Below, piece by piece: positions 29,301-38,919 of a stretch of DNA of 64,000 nt; within the stretch, counting starts at the first letter, position 1, and each line of letters starts with the position of its first letter. The notes beneath the pieces are model-generated. The model ran no database searches, was not told the DNA's origin, and saw only the letters and a list, made by a program, of their open reading frames with translations. The DNA lies in NCBI GenBank assembly GCA_965372715.1, contig CBDVDH010000009.1, positions 1-64,000 of the forward strand, in the 5' to 3' direction. Both the position numbers and the translations under genes were made by a program. This DNA comes from an uncultured bacterium. Its GTDB lineage: Bacteria > B130-G9.

Positions 29301-32300
29301 GGAACGGCTCACAGTTCGACGGCCTTTACACCTATGAGACGTTCTACCCCGAGTATGGCGAGCACACGTTCCAGTTCGACTTCTACTACGAAGGTCAGAT
29401 GCCGCTCTACAACCAGCCTAGAAGCAACGGTGTCCTAACATCCGATCCTGGGAATGCCGATGTCGAGAGAAATCCGCCCCCGGCTATCGCTAGAACTTCT
29501 GCCCCGGAGTTTGAATACGTGGGGCCGACAATCGCCCAATGGCCCTCGTTCAATCGCTATCAAGATAACAACTCACACGATAACCAGGTGTTTGGCCCCT
29601 CCATGCCCATAATGGATACGCTTTACATAGGTGAGCCGATCAAGGGCACTCCCGTAATCGGAGGCTCTGAATCCACGATCTTCGCTGGGTCTAGAGACGG
29701 CAAGGTCTATGCCATAGCAAGCGATTTCTCTCAGATTCTGTGGGAATATGACACGGGTGATTTCGTCGATTGCACTACCGCTCTTGGCCAAGAGGGCAGC
29801 CTCGTCGTCGCGTCGAGGTCCGGGACGGTCTTCGCGCTCGACTCCTGGACGGGAGAGCTCAGGTGGATATTCAGCGCCGCCAACATCGCTGACAGCTCCC
29901 CGTGCATAGGCGTGAGCGGTGATATCTATATAGGCTCCTACTCGGGAACCTTCTACTCAATCGACGGCCGAAGGGGCACGCTTAATTGGTCCTATGACCT
30001 CCCGGCCCGTGGCGCTGTGCAGGGCAGCGCGGCCGAGGGGACCGACTCCACGGTCTATTTCGGCTCCTACGACAACTACGTCTATGCGCTCAACTCCGCA
30101 GGCCTGTTGCTCTGGACCTACGAGACCAGCGGCATGGTCAACAGCTCCCCCTCGGTTGAGACCAATGGCAATGTCGATACCGTCTATATCGGCTCAATCG
30201 ATCACTGCCTGTATAGGCTGGACTACGACTTTACGGTGGCTGGGCCAGAACCGATGATGATTTGGAAATATGACACGGGCGCACCTATCCAGTATTCGTC
30301 GCCTGGCATTGACGGCCAGTTCGTTTACGTTGCCTCGGATGCGCTCTACGCAATCGACAAGGACACAGGCCAGCTCGGCTGGTCGTTTGTCCCGGGCGGC
30401 TCCATATTCGGGACGATCGCCGTGGACGCCGATGGCGTGGTCTATTTTGGCGCGAACGACGCGAAGATGTATGCGGTTCGCGCGCCCACCGATCCTGATT
30501 TCGTGGCCCGCAAGGAAGGCGAGCTCGTCTGGTGGCAGAATGTCGGGGGCAAGATGTGGATATCTGGCGTGTCGATATCGCCGCTTAATGGCTACGGCGG
30601 CGACGGATATGGAGTCCGAAATGGCGGCTATGGCGAGATATTCTTTGGCTGCTGGGACGGCAACCTCTACAAGATATCCGATAGGGGCCTCAACATCCCG
30701 CCAGTCTTGACCGATCCCTCAATCTCGCCATCGATCGGCGACAGCGCTCAGTCGTTCCGGTTTGGCGTCCGCTTCTTCGACGCAGACGGCGACGAGCCGC
30801 TCGTCAAGAACGTCTATATCGACAATGTCGCTTACGACATGGTGTTCACCGGGATTGGCGCCCCGTCAAACGGCGAATACGAGCTGTACACGGACTTCAC
30901 GCTCAGCAAAGGCACGCATTCGTATTACTTCGAGTTCACCGACGGCAACTGGGTGGGTAACGCGCCCGTCTATCTGCCGGACAACGCGCCTGAGGACCAG
31001 TATTCGGGACCGATCATTGACAACAAGCCTGACCTTTCCGACGCAAAGGTGGCGCCAGCATACGGGGACTATGACCAGGCGTTCGTCTTCTCGGTCTATT
31101 TCTCCGATCCCGACGAAGACCCACCAGTGTCTGGGCTCGTTTTCATTGACGGCCACGGTCACGCACTTTCTGAGCCTGCGGAAGAAGGGGAGACACCGTC
31201 TGATGGCATATACACTTACACAACAACAGGCTCCGAGCTAGGCGTCGGAGATCATACTTACCACTTCGAGTTTGAGTATTCGGTCAACGAATGGATCAGA
31301 ATCCCGGTCGTTGGCGAATCGACGGACCTGACCGTCAACAACGCGCCGGTCCTCGAAACTGGGACGGTTATGCCCACGACCGGAGACACCGACGCCGACT
31401 ACACCTATTCCGTCCACTATAAGGACGTGGATAATCACCCGCCGGTGAAGGCTAACGTCGTCGTGGATGGCATCTCCCACCAGATGTCGCTCTACAGCGA
31501 TTTCGACTCGGATGGAACCTATAGATACACGATTTCGGGTGATCTCATAGGTTACGGCCAACACATCTACTACTTCGACTTTGAGGACACCGAGGACGGA
31601 ACAACGATGCTTCCTGCGCCCCCGCTCGAGCCGTATCGAGGCCCGTCAATCAATGCGATCCCGACGCTGTCCGGAGGACAGGTTTCGCCCATCTCAGGCG
31701 ATGCCGATGTCGATTTCACGTTCTCCGTGCATTTCGCCGACCCCGATGGCATTAGGCCAAGCGAAGTGGCGATGGTTCTTGACGGCGTTCGTTATGCGCT
31801 GACGTTGGAGGAGGGCATAATCACCGATGGTCTCTACGAGAGAACCATTAACGGGACCAACATCGGTCTCGGCGACGATCACTCGTTCTACTTCGAGGCG
31901 ACTGACGACAGCGGTTCCTCCGCCAGGTTCCCTATGGATACGAGCGAGGCGATAAGCGGGCCGGCAATCGTCGAGCCCGGCATCTACATCCCCTATTGGC
32001 AAGTCAACAATGCTGCGGGGCAGGATACGACCCTTGTCATCGGCAATGCGGGAACTAGTCATCTTTCGTCATTGGTTGACGTGAACGTGCATCTGTATTC
32101 AGGGCCCTTGGGCATGGAGGTTGACACGATTTCGCACACAATAGCGCCTGGTGAACAGGTCAAAGTCGATTTCTCAGAGCGTTTTGACGACGACTTTGGG
32201 CGCTTCGGATGTGCGAAGATCTCCTGGGACCGCGGCTCTATCGCTGTCTGGGCGATGATCAGGAACGGTGAATCACAAGCAGTCTCAATGACACTGAAAG

Positions 32301-33826
32301 ACCCACAGATCAGAAGCTCCTATCTGCCCTATTGGCAAGTCTCGAGTGAATCGACTATCGACACTCTCCTTGCGGTGAGTAACATAGGCGGCACGTTCGT
32401 TGACCTCGACGTTGAGTTCTACGATTTTGACGGCAACTCGCTCGGGGCCACAACGTTTACGATCGAGCCTCGTGTCCTATTTCCACTCTGGTTAAGCCAG
32501 ATCATTGATGATGCTGAGGCGGTCGGGTCTGCCGTGCTAACCTGGGAACGCGGGATTCTTGCGCTTTGGGGTATGGTTGTATCTGACGACACCGGCAAAG
32601 CATACGAGGTTGCCTTCAACCAGCCCTTTGGCTTGTCAGCGGACCTTCCCTACTGGATATATCAGAGAGCGGCCTTGCGTCGCGGCGTGGTTGCCCAGTT
32701 TGAGCCAGATATGCTTCAACTCACTAAAGGGCCGAGCACAAACGCCCTCGACTTCGCTCGCCCGCTGCCCGCTGATGAGAGCAGTCGCGTTGATTTCGAG
32801 GCGCTGCGCAAGGCCCGAAGGCCCGAGTTTGGGATGCCTGGCGGCTCTATCGCGGTCAACGCACCAGTCTCCTCGCCTGAGGTCAAGTCCGGGCATAAGG
32901 CACCACCCGTGCTCTCTGACTTCACGATATCCCCAGAAGCCCCAACGACGTTGGACCAGATCACGTTTGTGATTGATTACTATGATGAGGACATGGACCC
33001 GCCGGTCTTTGCGGCAATTGTTATCGACGGCGATGACCGAGAGATGACGCTGGAAGAGGGCGAGCCATACGATGGCCGCTACTCGCACCGTACATTCCTG
33101 ACGGCGGGCGGACACCAGTTCTATTTCTTATTCTCTGATGGCGAAACCGTCGTGCAGGTTCCAGAGGGATCGCATTACACAATCACCGTGACAGAAGCCG
33201 CCCAGCAATTGGATACTTGGCTCGTGGTGACCAACTTGACGGACACCGCCGGCGCCGGCGTAGTCAGTCTATTCAACCCAAGCGGAGATGTTATGGGGAT
33301 GGTCCAGGCAGACCTCGGAGGCCTCTACAGCTCGGCGATGATAAAACTGAGTGAGACGTTTGTTCCAGAGGGCTACGGCAGCGGAACCATCTCCATGGGT
33401 ATCGCCAATCCAGTCCTGAACGTCTGGGGTATCATCCGCAGCGACACATTCGATACTGGTTTCACTCTTAACTTCGAGTCGAGACACGGCCAGTCGATGT
33501 ACATCCCATACTGGTCAATAAACGATGAGTATGGCGTTGATACTTGGATTTCGGTCGCCAGTCGAGGCGAAGATGACGGCGTCGTTATCATCAACCTCTT
33601 CGATAACACGGGTGCGCTCGTAGGCATAGCCGATCGCGAGATTTCACCGAACGACACCTGGCTGGTTGACGTCAGAGACGTGCTGTTTGTCAACCCGACC
33701 AAGATGAACGGCCGAGGAACTGTCATCTGGGACGAGGGCGAATACCTGCTATACGGTGCGATAACAGACCTGACAAATAGGACAAGCTACCCGCTGGCGT
33801 TTGTCCAGCCTTCAGTCCACAGATAA
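26345..33826 (+). CDS. Giant (2493 aa) secreted acidic protein: PQQ-like beta-propellers, 8 Ig-like repeats, 4 C-terminal 'YIPYW' repeats
   Basis: Signal peptide, W.Y/F.TG...SSP....G..Y.GS.D...YA repeats, F.V.Y.D.D...P....V..DG repeats; strong SD GAGGAGG. Confidence 0.85.
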   Translation: MKRASTIGLVLMAGACVLMFAPAALGQVVGGTPWPSLHFDYENRRGTIDTGPDLATQNLTIHWSFECGGGDSGAGRSNPIIDSFGRIFAFGTRVGSLGPATMLYCAREAEPDEAGCIVAEQLWMTEVGYYPSSTWNTGALNPTGDRLYFAGQGPSGLALDCYDPAGDPSSPGAPLLLFSTPFTNSGTDASDILVDTNDHRLYVFGNSAGTSTAYGFAMGGELEGQIIWWYGIDLPTDYDSIDADICASPVLCTTQYTYYEYEPGDMPGQGTYWQGMAQPRTIYGPGADGNLYAMHTIAATVWSPPPILAPPPPPPAGDPSPVHLKWSYTVSGDGSALVSSPVVVPRSWNFQKDPVMGDPPPEGVPPSMKYNHVGVTTSTIYICDPAGTLLCIEDSWYEDHDWEFQDWMGDPPMPIWIDNNDEYVMGPDIPPPGIPVGAFPRRYTTHLRWSYDFLGPVATTPILTGTVIFVADETSLHAIDITTGTDPLTDYYGLTEGHPLWATSAADGDADAEWDFSAHPDLGVAPSPALGGNGLIWLVTSDGWLHVVSSMDNDSLGYAAGSVVFSYFTPSEDHHRGTENPPFYSPAFPHDPLEMIRSPIISGGYVYVSGQGLGEDPMTGDTYDTGWVMKIKENVTGRFRFLDVNPKVGYTEENRMNRLPTVFTYNVDYYDPDCGSKGVYDDDVPHQENPIILYVDGFHAFWRYDDVMSGYPPFHVDPRDPNPSAVPAAYADPPWGIWEGMLYQLETGDDERRLGTYEYTSDGSVSAPALREYIYYNQNGCFNYFFETVDGFGLNAPIVSEINTGPNMCPELYFVKTAVIFDGTISRPEKSVVDVSVWYYDSDEDAPRVREVYLDNIAYSMYGNAVIGNASVSWEDRYSFHMTTTSDTPSFHFEFTDNPTAVHPDWPRDAAEPCATRHPKYGQLFTLLLRDGKVTPAVGPPGIYTYSVRFFDPEGRTSGINTGQVGCLNAHVYIDDVQYDMELLPGNGSQFDGLYTYETFYPEYGEHTFQFDFYYEGQMPLYNQPRSNGVLTSDPGNADVERNPPPAIARTSAPEFEYVGPTIAQWPSFNRYQDNNSHDNQVFGPSMPIMDTLYIGEPIKGTPVIGGSESTIFAGSRDGKVYAIASDFSQILWEYDTGDFVDCTTALGQEGSLVVASRSGTVFALDSWTGELRWIFSAANIADSSPCIGVSGDIYIGSYSGTFYSIDGRRGTLNWSYDLPARGAVQGSAAEGTDSTVYFGSYDNYVYALNSAGLLLWTYETSGMVNSSPSVETNGNVDTVYIGSIDHCLYRLDYDFTVAGPEPMMIWKYDTGAPIQYSSPGIDGQFVYVASDALYAIDKDTGQLGWSFVPGGSIFGTIAVDADGVVYFGANDAKMYAVRAPTDPDFVARKEGELVWWQNVGGKMWISGVSISPLNGYGGDGYGVRNGGYGEIFFGCWDGNLYKISDRGLNIPPVLTDPSISPSIGDSAQSFRFGVRFFDADGDEPLVKNVYIDNVAYDMVFTGIGAPSNGEYELYTDFTLSKGTHSYYFEFTDGNWVGNAPVYLPDNAPEDQYSGPIIDNKPDLSDAKVAPAYGDYDQAFVFSVYFSDPDEDPPVSGLVFIDGHGHALSEPAEEGETPSDGIYTYTTTGSELGVGDHTYHFEFEYSVNEWIRIPVVGESTDLTVNNAPVLETGTVMPTTGDTDADYTYSVHYKDVDNHPPVKANVVVDGISHQMSLYSDFDSDGTYRYTISGDLIGYGQHIYYFDFEDTEDGTTMLPAPPLEPYRGPSINAIPTLSGGQVSPISGDADVDFTFSVHFADPDGIRPSEVAMVLDGVRYALTLEEGIITDGLYERTINGTNIGLGDDHSFYFEATDDSGSSARFPMDTSEAISGPAIVEPGIYIPYWQVNNAAGQDTTLVIGNAGTSHLSSLVDVNVHLYSGPLGMEVDTISHTIAPGEQVKVDFSERFDDDFGRFGCAKISWDRGSIAVWAMIRNGESQAVSMTLKDPQIRSSYLPYWQVSSESTIDTLLAVSNIGGTFVDLDVEFYDFDGNSLGATTFTIEPRVLFPLWLSQIIDDAEAVGSAVLTWERGILALWGMVVSDDTGKAYEVAFNQPFGLSADLPYWIYQRAALRRGVVAQFEPDMLQLTKGPSTNALDFARPLPADESSRVDFEALRKARRPEFGMPGGSIAVNAPVSSPEVKSGHKAPPVLSDFTISPEAPTTLDQITFVIDYYDEDMDPPVFAAIVIDGDDREMTLEEGEPYDGRYSHRTFLTAGGHQFYFLFSDGETVVQVPEGSHYTITVTEAAQQLDTWLVVTNLTDTAGAGVVSLFNPSGDVMGMVQADLGGLYSSAMIKLSETFVPEGYGSGTISMGIANPVLNVWGIIRSDTFDTGFTLNFESRHGQSMYIPYWSINDEYGVDTWISVASRGEDDGVVIINLFDNTGALVGIADREISPNDTWLVDVRDVLFVNPTKMNGRGTVIWDEGEYLLYGAITDLTNRTSYPLAFVQPSVHR

Positions 33827-33850
33827 GCACGAGTAACACTTGAGCTCAAC

Positions 33851-33891
33851 GAAGGGCGAGGTAGGATTCTGCGCCTCGCCCTTCTTTTTTT
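33851..33891 (+). terminator. Intrinsic terminator of the giant surface-protein gene
   Basis: GAAGGGCGAGG...CCTCGCCCTTC hairpin followed by T7. Confidence 0.9.
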
Positions 33892-33968
33892 GCTTTTCGG
33901 GCATTGCACCGAGCACCGATTTGGACGGCGCACATGAATCGTAAACTGAAAGAGCTGACAAGAGTAGA

Positions 33969-35261
33969 ATGACGCAGATACCTGAGGCGCGTAAGGGCCA
34001 CACAACTCCTGAAGTATTGCAGGTGGCCAAGGATGAGGGCCTGGACCCCGAGGTCATCAGGGGCCGTGTTGCATCGGGGCACATTGTCATCCCTTGCAAC
34101 ACTGTCCGCGAACACAGGCGACTCTGCGGCATCGGCAAGGGCTTGACAACCAAAGTGAACGCCAACCTCGGGACCTCGCCAGACCGTATAGACCCTGCTC
34201 TCGAAGTAGAGAAGACCCAGGCAGCGGTGCAAGCAGGCGCCGATACGGTGATGGACCTGAGCACCGGCGGCGACCTCCGCGCCATTAGGAAGGCGATATC
34301 CGACGCAAGCGATGTTATCTTGGGCACGGTTCCGATTTACGACGCCGCAGTCTCGGCTGCACGGTCCAAGAAGGGCGTTGTGAGGATGACCGCTGATGAC
34401 ATGTTCGATGCCATCGAGAGCCATTGCGCCGATGGCGTTGACTTCATTACCGTTCACTGCGGGGTCACCTGGGACGTGGTCCAAACGATGAAGAGTCAGG
34501 GGCGCCTGACTGACATAGTGAGTAGGGGCGGCGCCTTCCTTACAAGCTGGATGCTTTTCAACGAGCAGGAAAACCCGCTTTATGAGCAGTATGACCGCCT
34601 TCTGTCCATAGCAAAAAGGTATGATGTATGCCTGAGCCTCGGCGACGGCCTAAGACCAGGCTCACTCGCTGATGCAACAGACCGCGGTCAGATTGCGGAG
34701 CTATTGAAGATCGGTGAGCTCCAGAAGCGTGCGCTTGAGGCCGAGGTTCAATGCATGATAGAGGGCCCGGGCCATGTGCCAATTCCCGAGATCGAGGCTA
34801 ACGTGATCCTGCAAAAGAAGCTGTGCAACGGCGCGCCTTTCTACGTTCTGGGACCTCTGGTTACTGACATTGCGCCTGGCTGGGACCACATAGTGTGTGC
34901 GATTGGAGGAGCAATCGCGGCTGCCGCCGGCGCCGATTACCTGTGCTACGTAACGCCATCGGAGCACCTGGCGTTGCCCACGCTGGAGGACGTTCGGGCC
35001 GGAGTCATCGCCACTAAGATAGCCGCCCATGCGGGGGACATTGCAAAAGGCATACCCGCCGCAATCGAGCGGGACTGCACAATGGCCAGGGCCAGGCATG
35101 ACCTCGACTGGCAAAGACAGATGGAGGTGTCGCTCGATCCAAGTCGCTTCGACAAAGTCAGGACCTCGTCACGGCCGCGAGTGGAGGATGTCTGCACGAT
35201 GTGCGGCGAATACTGCGCGATAAAGAGCCTGAGGCCGCTTTTGAGAAAGGACGGCAATTAG
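33969..35261 (+). CDS. thiC: Phosphomethylpyrimidine synthase (short form)
   Basis: [44 protein letters not shown]-terminal CTMCGEYC; thiD nearby. Confidence 0.93.
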   Translation: MTQIPEARKGHTTPEVLQVAKDEGLDPEVIRGRVASGHIVIPCNTVREHRRLCGIGKGLTTKVNANLGTSPDRIDPALEVEKTQAAVQAGADTVMDLSTGGDLRAIRKAISDASDVILGTVPIYDAAVSAARSKKGVVRMTADDMFDAIESHCADGVDFITVHCGVTWDVVQTMKSQGRLTDIVSRGGAFLTSWMLFNEQENPLYEQYDRLLSIAKRYDVCLSLGDGLRPGSLADATDRGQIAELLKIGELQKRALEAEVQCMIEGPGHVPIPEIEANVILQKKLCNGAPFYVLGPLVTDIAPGWDHIVCAIGGAIAAAAGADYLCYVTPSEHLALPTLEDVRAGVIATKIAAHAGDIAKGIPAAIERDCTMARARHDLDWQRQMEVSLDPSRFDKVRTSSRPRVEDVCTMCGEYCAIKSLRPLLRKDGN

Positions 35262-35371
35262 CCACGTTCGTCCCGTGAGCTGCGCCCGGGGTTTCTGTCT
35301 AGCATGAAAGCCGACGCTGCTGCTCCTGGCTGGGGCCCTCTATTGCGGTACCGGTTGCGGCCGAAGGATTT

Positions 35372-36334
35372 GTGCCAGTGCATCTAGGTCAAATGTTGTC
35401 AGATATTCATCAGTGGTGGTGCGCACACGCATCGTTTCAGGGAAGGGCGCTCGCCTCGATCGTTCTGATTGGGGCCTTTCTATATTTGCGCCTTTTGCTG
35501 CTTCGGCTCCTGCACAAGCGCGTTACTGACGCGACCCTTAGCTACACGTGGCGGCGCAGAATAACCTATGCCGTCACAGTGCTTCTGATTCTCCTTATCG
35601 GCTGGATATGGTCGGACACCTTTCAGTCAATAGGGACGCTTCTGGGTCTGGTTGCCGCGGCCCTGGTCTTGGCCGTGCGAGACCTCATCGCGAACGTCGC
35701 CGGGTGGGTCTTCATCCACTCGCGGCGCCTCTTTGGTGTGGGAGATAGAATCGAGATTTCAAGTCATACGGGGGACGTGATCGACATCAGGCTCTTCGAG
35801 TTCACACTGCTCGAAGTCGGCAACTGGGTTCACGCCGATCAAAGCACGGGCAGGATAATCCACGTCCCGAACGGGAAGGTCCTCACCGACCCGCTCATCA
35901 ACTACACAAAGGACTTCAACTTCATCTGGAACGAGCTTTCGGTCATAATAACCTTCGAGAGCAACTGGCAGAAGGCTAAATCGATACTCTCTAGTATCGC
36001 CGGCGGCGTGCTCGCGGACACATCCACGGAGGCCAGAGAACAGCTCAAGAAGGCCGCCGAACGCTATATGATATTCTTCCGGAACCTAACGCCAATCGTT
36101 TATACGAGAGTCCAAGAAAATGGCGTTGAACTGACGATACGCCATCTGACGCATCCAAGAGAACGAAGGACTACCGAACACCATCTCTGGGAAGAGATTC
36201 TCCTGAGATTCAGCGAACACGATGACATCAGCTTGGCCTACCCCACGATACGATACTATCAGCGTGGCGAGGCCGGTGTGCAACCGGCGAAGACAGACGA
36301 AGCTCCTGAAGTAGATGGCCACACAAAGAGATGA
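35372..36334 (+). CDS. Small-conductance mechanosensitive channel (MscS family)
   Basis: Three TMs, F.VGDRIEI....GDV.DI, VPN..V....IN. Confidence 0.9.
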   Translation: MPVHLGQMLSDIHQWWCAHASFQGRALASIVLIGAFLYLRLLLLRLLHKRVTDATLSYTWRRRITYAVTVLLILLIGWIWSDTFQSIGTLLGLVAAALVLAVRDLIANVAGWVFIHSRRLFGVGDRIEISSHTGDVIDIRLFEFTLLEVGNWVHADQSTGRIIHVPNGKVLTDPLINYTKDFNFIWNELSVIITFESNWQKAKSILSSIAGGVLADTSTEAREQLKKAAERYMIFFRNLTPIVYTRVQENGVELTIRHLTHPRERRTTEHHLWEEILLRFSEHDDISLAYPTIRYYQRGEAGVQPAKTDEAPEVDGHTKR

Positions 36335-37215
36335 TAGACGTGAATGCGCCCGAGGCAAGGTCGCCCGACTCCGTTGAATCTGAGACCGCGGGGGAAGACA
36401 AGCCTTGCCTCCTGACGATAGCGGGCCTTGACAACACCGGCGGCGCCGGCATGCTTGCGGACATCAAGACTTTTGACCTTTTCGGCCTCTACGGCCTCGG
36501 CATCGCAACTGCCATAACCGTCCAGACCCCAGATTCCGTGCTTGAGGTATCGCGCACGAACGCCAGGCAGATGCGCAGGTCGCTTGAGACCACACTGCAA
36601 GCCTTCAAGGTCTTCGGCATGAAATCCGGGCTGTTATGCGACGAAGCCGCTATCGACGTGCTCTGCAATGTGATGAAGCTACGCTTTAAGGGCATCGTCG
36701 TCGTCGATCCCATCCTGTTCGCCTCAGGCGGCAAGCAACTCCTGAACGCTCAAGGAAGACTGGCGATCACAAAGAAGCTCTTCCCATTGGCCGACGTCAT
36801 CGCGCCAAATATCGACGAGGCCGAGCTCCTTTTCGGCGTCCAGATCAAGACCCGGCAAGACCTCGAACAGTGTGCGAAGAAGCTGCTTTCATTTGGCCCC
36901 AATGCGGTCCTTATCAAGGGCAGCGGGCGCTTCGGCGGCGAGGATTATCTTCTCGATGGCGCCGAGGGGCGCTTCATACCCGGGCAGACAGAGCTGGCCT
37001 CGTCGGGTCCGACGCCATCAGTTCACGGGACGGGCTGCTTCCACTCCGCATCCCTTCTCTGTCTCCTGATCTCAGGCACGCCTATCAGGGAGGCTGCCAG
37101 AAGAGCCAAATACCTTACGGAGAAGGCTATCCTTACATCCAAACCCATAAAGGGATTCAAGTCGCGCCTCATCGACCACTGTGCAGTTAGGCCCTTCCTG
37201 GCCGAGTGCGTCTAA
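36331..37215 (+). CDS. thiD: Hydroxymethylpyrimidine/phosphomethylpyrimidine kinase
   Basis: LTIAG.D..GGAG..ADIKT, VVDP, PN..EA, HGTGC. Confidence 0.9.
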   Translation: MIDVNAPEARSPDSVESETAGEDKPCLLTIAGLDNTGGAGMLADIKTFDLFGLYGLGIATAITVQTPDSVLEVSRTNARQMRRSLETTLQAFKVFGMKSGLLCDEAAIDVLCNVMKLRFKGIVVVDPILFASGGKQLLNAQGRLAITKKLFPLADVIAPNIDEAELLFGVQIKTRQDLEQCAKKLLSFGPNAVLIKGSGRFGGEDYLLDGAEGRFIPGQTELASSGPTPSVHGTGCFHSASLLCLLISGTPIREAARRAKYLTEKAILTSKPIKGFKSRLIDHCAVRPFLAECV

Positions 37216-37315
37216 CCAGTCCAAGCGTGTGTGCGTGATTGCCATGTCTCTTGTGGTATAATCCCCAAAACACGTCAACATCCACTATTCATTCTGCAAT
37301 CAAGAGGAGGCGGAC

Positions 37316-37612
37316 ATGGTCGTGTGTTCGATTACAGTTGTCCCGTTAGGAACCAAATCCCCCAGTTTGAGCCAATACGTTGCCAGTAGCCTGAGGGTGC
37401 TGAGAGAAAGCGGCCTGAAGTGCCAGCTAACGCCGATGGCGACGATCGTTGAGGGCGAGCTCGACGCCGTTCTTTCAGCTGCCGCCAAGATGCACAGCTC
37501 GCTCTTTTCCGACGAAGTAATGAGGGTGTCAACCACGATCAAGATCGACGAGCGCCGCGATAAGGATTTGACCATGGACGGCAAGGTCAGCGCGGTTCAG
37601 AGCAAGCTTTAA
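37316..37612 (+). CDS. MTH1187/DUF77 thiamine-binding protein
   Basis: VVPLGT...SLS.YVA, LTPMAT.VEG, RV.T.IKIDERRDK. Confidence 0.92.
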   Translation: MVVCSITVVPLGTKSPSLSQYVASSLRVLRESGLKCQLTPMATIVEGELDAVLSAAAKMHSSLFSDEVMRVSTTIKIDERRDKDLTMDGKVSAVQSKL

Positions 37613-37614
37613 GC

Positions 37615-37641
37615 CACGAATGAACACGAATAAGCTCGAAT
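37615..37641. repeat. Degenerate 10-bp tandem repeat (CACGAAT core)
   Basis: ccacgaatga acacgaataa gctcgaat. Confidence 0.55.
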
Positions 37642-37663
37642 AGCGAGAAGGCGTCGTTCAAGC

Positions 37664-38908
37664 CTATTTGACGGACACCACGCGAATCATGAACGATAGC
37701 ATCCTCTCGTCCTCCTCACCATACCACCTGGGAGAGAAAACCGAGTCGGAAAAGAAGTCCATTCTCGAGTTGTTAGTTAGGCGAGTCAGTCGAATCGAAA
37801 CCGCCTCTTGCTGTGTGGACAACGCGAGTCGTCTATTCAATACGTTGTCGATGTAGATGAATACTTCTTGCTCTCTGTCGGCGATCCTCGGGAGGTGGCT
37901 GCTTACTACAAGCTCCATCTCATTGACATTGCTCAGTGCGATCGAGCTCTGCGCTTTAGACCACCTGAATACAAGACCGTCAGGCCCCCTTTCTTCGCAA
38001 TAGAACCCCTGGACCAACTGGATTCTATCGCCGGTTTCAGAAGAACTCTCGAATCTCTCAGCGAGCCGCCTCATCCCTTCAAGACTCTTCGACGCGATTA
38101 CGACATTCCATTCCTGTCCATTTAGAATCCGATCCGCAACGCTGCTTGCAGCCTCGCGAGTTTGCGTAAAGAAGCCATTGACCGGATAATAGAACTCGTA
38201 GTACTTAAGGCCGGTGAGGCGCAGCAATCTTATCATCTGCTGCCTCGTGTAAGGCCTCTCCAGGGTGTGATACTTGTCCATGATCTCGAGATTATCCTTC
38301 TGATAGCAGGACCCGACCTCCGGAGCCCGGCCCTCGATAATCGCAATCAGCCCGTCAGATTTGAGATTCTGAGCGACGTTCATAAGCACAGCAATCGGGT
38401 CGTAGAAATGGTGAAGGCACGACTCAAGAACCGCTGCATCGAAAAGAGTCCGGACGCTCAAAGGCCCATTCTCGATATCGTGAACGATGAAGCTCACATC
38501 AAACGGCGCCTCAGGATACGCAGGGAAAAGGTCGGCCGCGATTCTCCGCCTCGCGATCTCAATCATCTCTTCCGAGATGTCGATGCCCAGAACCGTATGA
38601 CCGAGCTTGCCGATGTAATGGCTGATCCACCCAGGCCCGCACGCAACGTCGAGAAAGGAACTCTTCATTGGCAGGTCAAGCCTCGCAAGCAAGTTCAGAA
38701 GCTTGTGCATGTCGGTAAAAAAATGACCAAAATCCGGGCCGCCTAGAAACGGTTTGATCAGATGATACCTCTCAGCCTGCGGCCCCTGCTCCTCAATCAG
38801 CTGGCCAAGGTACTCAACCGCGCCCCGTTTCCAGTCAACGTCTCTCGGTATGTCCCGGTTTATCTCTGTCAGAAGGTCTCTATGTTCTCTTGAGTACTTC
38901 AAAGGCAT
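37664..38908 (-). CDS. Class I SAM-dependent methyltransferase with C-terminal beta-sandwich-like domain
   Basis: FLDVACGPGW, GIDISEEM, LHH..DP; C-terminal GFY.EE....FRWS. Confidence 0.8.
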   Translation of the reverse strand: MPLKYSREHRDLLTEINRDIPRDVDWKRGAVEYLGQLIEEQGPQAERYHLIKPFLGGPDFGHFFTDMHKLLNLLARLDLPMKSSFLDVACGPGWISHYIGKLGHTVLGIDISEEMIEIARRRIAADLFPAYPEAPFDVSFIVHDIENGPLSVRTLFDAAVLESCLHHFYDPIAVLMNVAQNLKSDGLIAIIEGRAPEVGSCYQKDNLEIMDKYHTLERPYTRQQMIRLLRLTGLKYYEFYYPVNGFFTQTREAASSVADRILNGQEWNVVIASKSLEGMRRLAERFESSSETGDRIQLVQGFYCEERGPDGLVFRWSKAQSSIALSNVNEMELVVSSHLPRIADREQEVFIYIDNVLNRRLALSTQQEAVSIRLTRLTNNSRMDFFSDSVFSPRWYGEEDERMLSFMIRVVSVK

Positions 38909-38919
38909 AATAGTTCACC

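Noticed and set aside
33969-35261. BzaA/B/F (benzimidazole synthase) instead of ThiC
   Set aside because: These are close paralogs, but adjacency to thiD and a thiamine-binding protein, with no cobamide genes nearby, favours ThiC. A phylogeny would settle it.
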